64,000 bases of DNA, from assembly GCA_947085635.1 (NCBI GenBank), contig CAMTXC010000009.1, positions 1,425-65,424 on the forward strand, read 5' to 3'. This DNA comes from an uncultured Actinomycetes bacterium. GTDB taxonomy: Bacteria; Actinomycetota; Thermoleophilia; RBG-16-64-13. How positions within the stretch are numbered: position 1 is the stretch's first letter; every line of letters starts with the position of its first letter. Below, one piece after another: positions 54,015-62,513 of this stretch. The notes beneath the pieces were generated by a model. That model saw only the letters and a program-made list of their open reading frames with translations, was not told the DNA's origin and made no database searches. A program made the position numbers and the translations under genes.

Positions 54015-55244
54015 GTGGCACGCATCGTCTACTTCGACCCGTGGGCCGGGGCTTCCGGGGACATGATCCTCGGCGCGCTGCTCTCGCTCGACTCCGGGGA
54101 AGGACTTCTCGGGAGTCTCGAAGCGGCGGTGGGGGCCCTCGGCCTTCCGGGAGTGCGGGTCGAGGCCTGGCGAGACACGTCGCGCGGCGTTGGTTGCACG
54201 CGGGTGGACGTGGTCGTGCCGGCCGACGCTCCCGCCCGCGATCTGGCAGGCTTCGAGCGTCTTCTTGAGGCGGCGACCAAACTGTCCTTCGGCGTTCGGG
54301 GCCGCTCGTTGGCGGCGCTGCGGCGGCTGGCGGAGGTCGAGGGAGCCATCCACGGAGTGCCGCCCGAGACCGTGCATTTCCACGAACTCGGCGGCGCCGA
54401 CACGATCGTAGACGTGGTGGGGACCTTCGCGCTTCTCGAGGCCCTTGCCGTGGGTCGCGCGTACCATGGCCCCGTCCCACTCGGGTCGGGCACCGTCGAC
54501 ACCGAACACGGGAAGCTGGGGGTGCCGGCTCCGGCCACGCTCGAACTCCTGAAGGGGGTGCCCGTGCTGGCGGGGCCCGAACGGAGCGAGGTGACCACGC
54601 CGACCGGCGCCCTGTTGCTCACCGAGGCCGGCGGGCCTTCACGGGGCGTGCCGCCCATGGTGGTGGAGAGGGTGGGCTTCGGAGGCGGAGCACGCCTCCT
54701 CGAGCACGGCCCCAACGTCCTTCGCGCGCTGGTGGGCGAGACCACAGGGGACACGTCGCTGGAACCGGCTGTGGACCCGGCCCTGGAGACGGCGGAGGCG
54801 CAGATGGTCGTCGTGCTGGAGGCCACCATCGATGATGGTTCTCCCGAGATCGCGGGGCACCTCCTCGGCCGAGTCATGCAGGCCGGGGCCCTCGACGCCT
54901 GGTGGTCGCCGGTGTTCATGAAGAAGAGTAGGCCCGGCATGGAGCTCTCGGTGCTGTGCCGTCCGGAGCACGAGTCGCGGCTTGTCGATCTTGTCTTCCG
55001 CGAATCCACGACGTTCGGGGTGCGCCGCTCGGAGAGGTCCCGCCACGTGCTCGAGAGGGAAGTCATCCACGTGTCGGTGGACGGGCAGACCGTGGGTGTG
55101 AAGATCGGCCGCCGCCGCGGCCTGCTGGTGACGGTGGCGGCTGAGTTCGAAGACGCCGCACGGGCCGCTGAGGTGCTCGACCTGCCCCTCAAGGAAGTCA
55201 TGGCGCGGGCCGTGGAGAGCGCGCGCCGCAGGCTCTCGGGGTGA
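54015..55244 (+). CDS. larC: LarC-family nickel insertion protein (DUF111; nickel-pincer cofactor cyclometallase type)
   Basis: The N-terminus reads YFDPWAGASGDMILGALL. An internal HFHELGG.DTIVD motif is present. The C-terminal domain reads ...ESTTFGVR. Confidence 0.85.
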   Translation: MARIVYFDPWAGASGDMILGALLSLDSGEGLLGSLEAAVGALGLPGVRVEAWRDTSRGVGCTRVDVVVPADAPARDLAGFERLLEAATKLSFGVRGRSLAALRRLAEVEGAIHGVPPETVHFHELGGADTIVDVVGTFALLEALAVGRAYHGPVPLGSGTVDTEHGKLGVPAPATLELLKGVPVLAGPERSEVTTPTGALLLTEAGGPSRGVPPMVVERVGFGGGARLLEHGPNVLRALVGETTGDTSLEPAVDPALETAEAQMVVVLEATIDDGSPEIAGHLLGRVMQAGALDAWWSPVFMKKSRPGMELSVLCRPEHESRLVDLVFRESTTFGVRRSERSRHVLEREVIHVSVDGQTVGVKIGRRRGLLVTVAAEFEDAARAAEVLDLPLKEVMARAVESARRRLSG

Positions 55245-55303
55245 CCAGTGGTACAAGACGACCGCTAAACGGTGAACTGTGCCGCTGCACGGGACAATGG
55301 CTA

Positions 55304-55331
55304 TTGATTTAGAGCCAGTCGTTACTATAAT
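55304..55331 (+). promoter_or_regulatory. Near-consensus sigma70 promoter TTGATT-16-TATAAT driving the Wood-Ljungdahl operon
   Basis: The hexamers were read directly, in an AT-rich patch. The element is ~45 nt upstream of the fhs GTG, which has a GAGGAGG Shine-Dalgarno. Confidence 0.7.
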
Positions 55332-55376
55332 GGTCGTCCGGACGGTTGACCCCCCAACAGAGGAGGAACGGGAGGC

Positions 55377-57038
55377 GTGAAAAGCGATATCCAGATCGCC
55401 CAGGAAGCCACGCTCAAGCCGATTGTGGACGTAGCGAAGGACCTCGGTCTCGGCGAAGATGAGATCGACCTGTACGGGAAGTACAAGGCAAAGATCCACT
55501 TCGACGTGTTCGATCGTCTGGCCGATAAGCCTGACGGCAAACTGATCTTGTGCACCGCGATCACCCCGACGCCCGCGGGCGAGGGCAAGACCACCACCAA
55601 CGTGGGCCTTTCCATGGGTCTGGCGAAGATCGGCAAGAAGGTCGTGACCACTCTTCGGGAGCCTTCCCTCGGTCCTTCGTTCGGGATCAAAGGCGGCGCG
55701 GCGGGCGGCGGCTACGCCCAGGTCGTACCGATGGAAGACATCAACCTTCACTTCACCGGCGACCTGCACGCCATCACCACGGCTCACAACCTGTGCGCCG
55801 CGGTGCTCGACAACCATCTGTTCCATGGCAACGAGTTCGACATCGATACCGAGAACATCACGTGGCCGCGCGTCGTCGACCTCAACGACCGTGCTCTGCG
55901 TAGCGTCACCGTGGGTCAAGAGGGCGAGGGCGTCGAGCGCAAGAGCCGCTTCGACATCACCGTGGCCTCTGAAGTCATGGCCATCCTGTGCCTTGCCACC
56001 GACCTCGAAGACCTGAAAGCCCGCCTCGACCGCATAATCCTGGGCTATTCGAAGTCGGGCACCCCGGTCACCGCCAAAGACATCAAGGTCTCGGGCTCCA
56101 TGGCCGTCCTTCTGAAGGACGCCCTCATGCCGAACTTGGTGCAGACCCTCGAGAACACCCCGGCCATCCTTCACGGCGGTCCGTTCGCCAACATCGCCCA
56201 CGGCTGCAACTCGGTGCAGGCGACCAAGCTCGGACTCAAGCTGGCCGACTACTGCGTAACGGAAGCCGGTTTTGCCGCCGATCTGGGCGCGGAGAAGTTC
56301 TTCGATATCAAGTGCCGCTACGCGGAAATCACTCCCGACTGCGTGGTGCTCGTGGCCACCATCCGGGCACTCAAGATGCACGGCGGTGTGGCCTTCGCCG
56401 ACTTGAAGTCCGAGAATCTGGGCGCACTGGAGAAAGGCCTCGACAACCTGCAGAAGCACGTGGAGAACATGCAGCTCTACGGTGTCCCCGTGGTCGTGGC
56501 TATCAACCGCTTCCCCGACGACACCGACGGCGAGGTCAAGCTCCTCGACGAGAAGGTCAAGGCCATGGGCTCCAAGGTCGTGCTCTCCGACGTGTGGGCC
56601 AAGGGCGGCGACGGCGGTGTGGAACTGGCCAAGGAAGTCGTGCGCATCTGCGACGAGGAGACTCCGGACTTCAAGTTCCTCTACGGGCTCGACGAGAGCA
56701 TCCAGGAGAAGATCGAGGCCATAGCCACCAAGATCTACGGCGCCGACGGTGTCGACTACACTCCAGAAGCCGAAGAGGCTATCGCGCGCTTCACCAAGAA
56801 CGGCTACTCCGGGCTGCCCATCTGCATGGCGAAGACCCAGTCTTCCCTGTCGGACGACAAGACCAAAGTCGGCCGTCCCACGGGCTGGAGGCTCACCGTG
56901 CGCGAGGTGCGTCTGTCCGCTGGAGCAGGCTTTATCGTGCCTGTCTGTGGTAAAATGATGACCATGCCCGGGCTCCCCAAGAGGCCTGCGGCTGAGGTTA
57001 TCGACTTGGTCGACGGCACGATTGTCGGCCTCTTCTAG
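55377..57038 (+). CDS. fhs: Formate--tetrahydrofolate ligase
   Basis: Key motif [12 protein letters not shown]. The family pattern is typical throughout (SDIQIAQ...; ...[12 protein letters not shown]). Confidence 0.97.
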   Translation: MKSDIQIAQEATLKPIVDVAKDLGLGEDEIDLYGKYKAKIHFDVFDRLADKPDGKLILCTAITPTPAGEGKTTTNVGLSMGLAKIGKKVVTTLREPSLGPSFGIKGGAAGGGYAQVVPMEDINLHFTGDLHAITTAHNLCAAVLDNHLFHGNEFDIDTENITWPRVVDLNDRALRSVTVGQEGEGVERKSRFDITVASEVMAILCLATDLEDLKARLDRIILGYSKSGTPVTAKDIKVSGSMAVLLKDALMPNLVQTLENTPAILHGGPFANIAHGCNSVQATKLGLKLADYCVTEAGFAADLGAEKFFDIKCRYAEITPDCVVLVATIRALKMHGGVAFADLKSENLGALEKGLDNLQKHVENMQLYGVPVVVAINRFPDDTDGEVKLLDEKVKAMGSKVVLSDVWAKGGDGGVELAKEVVRICDEETPDFKFLYGLDESIQEKIEAIATKIYGADGVDYTPEAEEAIARFTKNGYSGLPICMAKTQSSLSDDKTKVGRPTGWRLTVREVRLSAGAGFIVPVCGKMMTMPGLPKRPAAEVIDLVDGTIVGLF

Positions 57039-57077
57039 GAGTCGCCTCATTCCTCACGCGAACCTCACGGCCCACGC

Positions 57078-59036
57078 ATGACTGAACGGTACACGCTCAC
57101 CTTCCAACCTGGTGGCGTGGTTGTGGCCGATGCGCCGCGCGGAGAGACCATCCTCCGCGCGGCCATGCTGGCCGATCTGCACATAAATGCGTCGTGCGGA
57201 GGCTCGGGTTCCTGCGGCAAGTGCCGCGTGAAGATCGTCTCCGGTGAAGTCGAGAGCGAGCGTTCGGCGAAGTTGTCCGACGACGAATGGGCCGAAGGCC
57301 ACCGTTTCGCCTGTCACTCGCACATCGTATCCGATCTCGAGGTGTTCGTGCCGGAGACGTCGAGGATGGGCAACGCCGCCGTCCTCGAACGTGAGATGCG
57401 TGGCGACCGGAAGGGACGCCTCCTCACCCCGGCGCAGCTCGACTCGTTGGTGGCGGGATGGTCGTTGGACCCGGTGGTGAAGAAGCTGTGCGTTCAGATG
57501 ACCCCGCCGAGCGAGGGCGACAACCTGAACGACCTCGCACGATTCAAGAAGGCCCTCAAGGACGAGTTCGGACTGAGCAACGTGTCGGTCGACTCCATCT
57601 GGATCCGGAACATGCCCCATGTCTTGCGCGAGCAGGACTGGATGGTCACCGCGACGGTCGTCGATACGTCGTACGGGTCCAAAGTCATCGAGCTCGAATC
57701 GGGATCCCACTGTGGCGAGGACTACTCGGTGGTGATGGATATCGGCACCACGACTGTGTGGGGCCAGTTGCTCGACCTCAGCGAAGGCGTCACCATGGCG
57801 CAGGCCTCCCGGTACAACAAGCAGATCAGCTACGGGGAAGACGTGATCAGCCGCATCGTCTTCTCGCAGAAGCCGAACGGCCGCGAGACGCTCCAGCAGG
57901 CGATCGTCGACACGATCAACGAGATAGTCGACGAGCTCGTGGTCGAGAGCGGCATCCAGCGCGATCGCATCAGCCACATGGTGGCGGCCGGCAACACCAC
58001 GATGACCTGCCTGATGCTGGGCATCGACCCCAAGTATCTGAGGATGGCTCCCTACGTGCCTCCGGCGGACTTCATCCCCCCGGTGCGTGCGGTGAACCTG
58101 GGAGAGGGCATCAAGGTCGGCCGGCACGTGCACCTGCACACGTTCCCGAGCGTGGCGAGCTACGTGGGTGGCGACATCGTGTCGGGCATCCTTGGATCGG
58201 GTATCTTCGATACCGAACAGATCACTCTGTACATCGACATCGGGACGAACGGGGAAGTGGTCATCGGCAACCGCGAGTGGCTCATCGCCACGTCGTGCTC
58301 CGCCGGACCCGCGTTCGAGGGCGGCGGCATCAAGCACGGCATGCGGGCCACCGACGGCGCCGTCGAGACCGTGCGTATCGACCCGGTCACGTACGAACCC
58401 ACTCTGCTCACCATCAGCGACGCGAAGCCCATAGGCATCTGCGGCTCGGGCATCATCGACGCGGTGGCCGAGTTGCTCAAGGCCGGCGTCCTCTCCCAGA
58501 ACGGCAGGTTCGACGTCTCGCTCCCGTCCGATCGGGTGAGGACCACCGACGGGTCCAACGAGTACGTCCTGGTGGAGGCTCGCTACTCGGGCACGGGCGA
58601 CGACATCGTCATCACCGAGTCCGACGTCGACAACCTGGTGCGTGCCAAGGCCGCCATCTTCGCGGGCATCATGACCCTGCTCGAGAGCGTCGCCCTCGAT
58701 TGGAAAGATCTTGAGCAGATCTATGTGGCCGGCGGCTTCGGTAAGTACCTTCGCATCGAGCAGGCTCAGGCCATCGGTGTGTTCCCTGAAGTCGACTTGG
58801 ATATCTTTACCTTCGTGGGCAACGGATCGCTCCTCGGAGCCCGGCTGGTCTCCTTCTCGAAGGACATGTTGAAGGCTGCCGAACAGGTCGCCCGCACCAT
58901 GACGAACGTGGACATGTCGGACAACCCGATGTTCATGGACCGCTACGTGGCCGCCATGTTCCTGCCCCACACCGACATGAAGTACTTCCCCATGATGGAC
59001 GCGCTCCTCAGCGCGCGTGTCGGCGGGGGCCGATAA
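57078..59036 (+). CDS. acsV: Corrinoid activation/regeneration protein (RACo-type: 2Fe-2S ferredoxin domain plus ASKHA ATPase)
   Basis: N-terminal plant-type ferredoxin motif CGGSGSCGKC. ASKHA-fold motifs are DIGTTT and DIGTNGE. Its length (652 aa) and its position in a CODH/ACS cluster are also consistent. Confidence 0.85.
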   Translation: MTERYTLTFQPGGVVVADAPRGETILRAAMLADLHINASCGGSGSCGKCRVKIVSGEVESERSAKLSDDEWAEGHRFACHSHIVSDLEVFVPETSRMGNAAVLEREMRGDRKGRLLTPAQLDSLVAGWSLDPVVKKLCVQMTPPSEGDNLNDLARFKKALKDEFGLSNVSVDSIWIRNMPHVLREQDWMVTATVVDTSYGSKVIELESGSHCGEDYSVVMDIGTTTVWGQLLDLSEGVTMAQASRYNKQISYGEDVISRIVFSQKPNGRETLQQAIVDTINEIVDELVVESGIQRDRISHMVAAGNTTMTCLMLGIDPKYLRMAPYVPPADFIPPVRAVNLGEGIKVGRHVHLHTFPSVASYVGGDIVSGILGSGIFDTEQITLYIDIGTNGEVVIGNREWLIATSCSAGPAFEGGGIKHGMRATDGAVETVRIDPVTYEPTLLTISDAKPIGICGSGIIDAVAELLKAGVLSQNGRFDVSLPSDRVRTTDGSNEYVLVEARYSGTGDDIVITESDVDNLVRAKAAIFAGIMTLLESVALDWKDLEQIYVAGGFGKYLRIEQAQAIGVFPEVDLDIFTFVGNGSLLGARLVSFSKDMLKAAEQVARTMTNVDMSDNPMFMDRYVAAMFLPHTDMKYFPMMDALLSARVGGGR

Positions 59037-59795
59037 GTGGCGGCGACGAAGACGGTGGCCGTCGCCGGCAAGGGCGGCACGGGCAAGAGCACGTTGGCCG
59101 CGCTCCTGGTCCGCGAACTCGTACAGAGGGGCCAGGCCCCGATTTTGGCAGTAGACGCCGATCCGAACGCGAATCTGGGAGAGCTCCTTGGAACGCGGGC
59201 GGCGGTGACCGTGGGCGGTTTGCGTGAAGCGGCTTTCGTGGGCGTGCGCGAGATCCCCACGGGATGGGACAAGCAGAGCTGGATCGAGTACAAGATGCAC
59301 GAAGCGATCGAGGAGGCCACGGGGTACGACCTGCTGGTCATGGGCCGGCCGGAAGGCCCAGGCTGCTACTGCTACGCCAACAACCTGCTGCGCGAGTACA
59401 TCAAGACCTTGGCGGGCGAGTATTCCTGGGTCGTGATGGACAACGAGGGCGGCCTCGAACATCTCAGCCGCCACACTACGCGCGACGTGGACGTGATGTT
59501 CATCGTGACCGACCCGTCGGTGCGGGGCGTCCGGACCGTGGAGCGCATCTCGGAGCTCGTGGACGAGATGGGACTCGTTGTGGCGGAGCGCTACGTCGTG
59601 GTGAGCCGGGTGCCCGACGGCGTGGCCGTGGATGGCCTGATGGAGCACACCACGGTGCCGTTCGGAGGCGTCGTGCCTCAGGACGACGCGCTCTTCTCGA
59701 ACGACCTGTCGGGCAAGGACGTGTTCGATCTTCCTGAGGACGCGATCAGTCTGGGAGCGGTACGCGGTCTCATCGAGAGATATCTGGGCATCTGA
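59037..59795 (+). CDS. cooC: CODH/ACS nickel-insertion accessory ATPase (CooC/AcsF family)
   Basis: Deviant Walker A GKGGTGKST and a CxC metal motif (GPGCYCY). The GTG start is adjacent to the upstream stop. Confidence 0.9.
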   Translation: MAATKTVAVAGKGGTGKSTLAALLVRELVQRGQAPILAVDADPNANLGELLGTRAAVTVGGLREAAFVGVREIPTGWDKQSWIEYKMHEAIEEATGYDLLVMGRPEGPGCYCYANNLLREYIKTLAGEYSWVVMDNEGGLEHLSRHTTRDVDVMFIVTDPSVRGVRTVERISELVDEMGLVVAERYVVVSRVPDGVAVDGLMEHTTVPFGGVVPQDDALFSNDLSGKDVFDLPEDAISLGAVRGLIERYLGI

Positions 59796-59860
59796 GGGGC
59801 CGTCCGACGACGGCCCTCTTGTGTGGCTTTTCGCCTACGAGAGAGAAGGGAGTGCGGCAG

Positions 59861-60496
59861 ATGGGAGACGGCTATATCGGTGGGAGTATCGAGGCGTTCC
59901 TCGACAAGTTGGCCACGGCGAGCCCGGAACCGGGCGGCGGCAGCGTGGCGGCTCTGGCGGCGGCTCTGGGAGCGGGCTTGGTGAGCATGGTTGCAAGCCT
60001 GACGGTGGGCAAGGCGAAGTATGCCGACGTGCAGGACGACATCGAGGCCCTTCTGGCGCGCTCGGAGACGATCAGGGCCGAGTTGCAGGAGTTGGTGCAG
60101 AAGGACACCAAGGTCTACGGAGCGGTCTCGGAAGCCATGAAACTGCCCCGGGACACCGACGAGCAGAAGGAAGTCCGCGACCGCCTCATGCAGGCGGCCC
60201 TCATCGAGGCGGCTAAGGTGCCGCTCGCGATATCCGAGCAGGCGCTGGCGGTCGCGCGACTCAGCCTGACCGCGGCTAAGATCGGCAATGTGAACGCGGT
60301 GAGCGACGCGGGGGTGGCGGTGCTCCTCGCCGACACGGCCGCGCAGAGCGGCGCTCTGAACGTGAAGATCAACATCGGCTGGATCCAAGACCAAGATTTC
60401 AACACGAGTAGCTGGAACCGTGTGCAGGAGATCCTCGCCGAGACGGCTGCTCTTCGCACCACTGTGATGGACCTCACCTACAAGAAACTCGGCTAG
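59861..60496 (+). CDS. fchA: Cyclodeaminase/cyclohydrolase-family protein (FchA-type methenyl-THF cyclohydrolase)
   Basis: Key sequences are ...F...LAS..P.PGGGSVAAL.AALGA.L..MV and ...NV.IN. AAGGGAG Shine-Dalgarno lies before the ATG at 59861. Confidence 0.85.
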   Translation: MGDGYIGGSIEAFLDKLATASPEPGGGSVAALAAALGAGLVSMVASLTVGKAKYADVQDDIEALLARSETIRAELQELVQKDTKVYGAVSEAMKLPRDTDEQKEVRDRLMQAALIEAAKVPLAISEQALAVARLSLTAAKIGNVNAVSDAGVAVLLADTAAQSGALNVKINIGWIQDQDFNTSSWNRVQEILAETAALRTTVMDLTYKKLG

Positions 60497-60540
60497 CGGC
60501 GCGCGCGGCATCCAGCCACGACGAGGAAGAAGGAGAAGGG

Positions 60541-61506
60541 ATGGCAGCGAAGATCATCGATGGGAAGGCCATAGCGGCCGAGATCCGGGAAGAACTTGCT
60601 CGCGAACTCGAGGAGTTGAAGGCGGCGGGCGTCGAGCCCGGCATCGCCACGCTGCTCGTGGGCGAGGATTTCGGCGCCAAGATGTACCGCGGCGCCGTGG
60701 AGAAGTTCTGCGCCGAGATGGGTTTCGGGTACCGTGAGGAGACTCACTCTTCCGATCTCACCGAAGCGGATGTCATCAAGATCGTGGAGTCGCTGAACGC
60801 CGATCCCAAGGTCTCGGGTATCCTTCCCCTGCGCCCGTTCCCGGCGCACATCTCCGACTCGGCGGTGATCAACTCGATCAGCGTCGACAAGGACATCGAC
60901 TGCTTCCACCCCTACAACATGGGGAAACTCGCTCTTGGCGAGCCCACCTTCCCGCCGGCCACCCCCTCGGCCTGCATCGAACTGATGGAGCGATACCTGA
61001 AGGGCGAGGGCATCGACGTCAAGGACGGCTTCGAGGGCGCTGAGATCTGTGTGGTCGGCCACTCGAACATCGTAGGGAAGCCCGTCAGCTTCCTCGCGCT
61101 GAACCGCAACGCCAACGTCACCACGAGTCACGTGTTCACCTCGATGAAAGGCAACCTCGAGAAGCACACGACCACCGCCGACTACCTGATCGTGGCCGCC
61201 GGCTTCCCCAACCTGATCAATGCGGCACAGGTGAAGGAAGGCGCGGTCGTGATCGACGTGGGCATCAACAGGGTCATCGTGTGTCCCGAGTGCAGCACGT
61301 ACAACCGTTCGAAGAAAGACCCGTGTAAGAGCTGCGGTGTGGACTTGGCCGAGGCCGAGACCAAGACCGTGGGCGACGTGAACTTCGACGAGGTGGCCGA
61401 GAAGGCGAAGGCCATCACTCCCGTGCCGGGAGGAGTTGGGTCGGTCACCAACATGATGCTTGCCAAGAACACCCTGCGCGCCGCCAGATTACTGGCCGGC
61501 GCCTGA
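60541..61506 (+). CDS. folD: Bifunctional methylene-THF dehydrogenase/methenyl-THF cyclohydrolase FolD, carrying a Cys4 insertion
   Basis: Key sequences are IIDGKAIA, KDIDCFHP.N.G, ATPSAC, VVGHSNIVGKP and TPVPGGVGSVT. A ~26-32-aa insertion (VIVCPECSTYNRSKKDPCKSCGVDLAEAETKT) lies between GINR and VGDVNF. Confidence 0.92.
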   Translation: MAAKIIDGKAIAAEIREELARELEELKAAGVEPGIATLLVGEDFGAKMYRGAVEKFCAEMGFGYREETHSSDLTEADVIKIVESLNADPKVSGILPLRPFPAHISDSAVINSISVDKDIDCFHPYNMGKLALGEPTFPPATPSACIELMERYLKGEGIDVKDGFEGAEICVVGHSNIVGKPVSFLALNRNANVTTSHVFTSMKGNLEKHTTTADYLIVAAGFPNLINAAQVKEGAVVIDVGINRVIVCPECSTYNRSKKDPCKSCGVDLAEAETKTVGDVNFDEVAEKAKAITPVPGGVGSVTNMMLAKNTLRAARLLAGA

Positions 61507-61549
61507 TCTCCCGCGGCGAAGGCAGCGGGACCGCTCGAAGAAAGGAGTG

Positions 61550-62491
61550 ATGGAGTTGACTTTTCAGGCTCCTGTCGAAACCTATAAGGGAGCGATCCGT
61601 CAGGTGGATGTGGGCGGCGTGGCCGTTGGTGGGGAGTCGGCGTTCCCCTTCCACACGTTCGAGGGAGCGATGCCTAACGACCCGAAGATCGCATTCGAAG
61701 TGTGGGACATCGCCCCCGATGACTGGTCGGTGACGCTGAACGACGTGTACTCGGACACGTTCAGCGATGCGGTGGCCTGGGCGAAGAAGGTCGTGGACGA
61801 CTTCGGTGCTGACATGATCTACCTGCGCCTGCGCGGCACCGATCCCAACGGCGCCGCCCGCTCCGCGGCCGACGCCGCCGCGACCGCCAAGGCTGTGGTC
61901 GCCGCCGTCGACGTGCCGGTGATCGTGGTCGGGTCCGGCGACGTGGAACGCGACCCCGAAGTGCTCAAGGTGGTCGCTGAGGCACTGGGCGGCACCAAGG
62001 TGGTCATCGGCAACGCCGAGGAAGACACCTACCGCTCGGTGGGTGCGGCCGCGATGGGCTATCAGCACAGCGTCGTGGCCTTCAGCCCGATGGACGTGAA
62101 CCTCGCGAAGCAGCTGAATGTGTTGCTCTCGCAACTCGGGCTGGACGAGGGCTCGATCCTCATGGACCCCACCACGGGCGCCCTCGGATACGGCCTGGAA
62201 TACGCGTACACAGTGTTCGAACGCGATCGTTTGGCGGCGCTCTCCCAGAACGACGCGAAGATGCAGATGCCTATCATCGCGACGGTCGGCCAGGAAGCGT
62301 GGAAGGCGAAAGAGACCAAGGTGAGCAAGGACGAGCTTCCGGGAACGGGCGACCTGGTCACCCGCGGTCTCATGTGGGAATCGCTCACCGCCGTCGCCCT
62401 CTTGGTGGCCGGCGCGAATATCGTCGTCCTACGCCATCCGGAGTCGGCCGCCCTGGTCCGGAAGACCATTTCCAGCCTCAAGGGCGAATAG
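61550..62491 (+). CDS. acsD: Corrinoid iron-sulfur protein small subunit (AcsD/CdhD)
   Basis: AAAGGAG lies before the ATG at 61550. The sequence is collinear with my memory of Moorella AcsD: ...VGG..A.PFH.FEG; VVGSGDVE.D.EVL..VAEA; NAE...Y.S; SP.D.N..KQLN.L; DP..G.LGYG.EY....ER.R. Confidence 0.9.
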   Translation: MELTFQAPVETYKGAIRQVDVGGVAVGGESAFPFHTFEGAMPNDPKIAFEVWDIAPDDWSVTLNDVYSDTFSDAVAWAKKVVDDFGADMIYLRLRGTDPNGAARSAADAAATAKAVVAAVDVPVIVVGSGDVERDPEVLKVVAEALGGTKVVIGNAEEDTYRSVGAAAMGYQHSVVAFSPMDVNLAKQLNVLLSQLGLDEGSILMDPTTGALGYGLEYAYTVFERDRLAALSQNDAKMQMPIIATVGQEAWKAKETKVSKDELPGTGDLVTRGLMWESLTAVALLVAGANIVVLRHPESAALVRKTISSLKGE

Positions 62492-62513
62492 TAGAAAGGA
62501 GCCCTCGACGATC

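Noticed and set aside
55250-55376. Possible ZTP (pfl) or THF riboswitch upstream of fhs, or before folD at 60497-60540, since such riboswitches often control one-carbon genes.
   Set aside because: The predicted 5' UTR of fhs is only ~40 nt. It contains neither the GGGTCGTGAC...CCGCCTGGGCA-type ZTP core nor room for a THF fold. The folD gap is 44 nt and is taken up by the Shine-Dalgarno.
54639-59648. Very long minus-strand ORFs (803 aa at 54639-57050 and 864 aa at 57054-59648) opposite fhs and the RACo/cooC genes.
   Set aside because: Their translations are Arg/His/Gly/Asp-rich with no recognisable motifs. The plus strand encodes unmistakable Fhs, RACo and CooC in the same space. These are typical high-GC antisense shadow ORFs.
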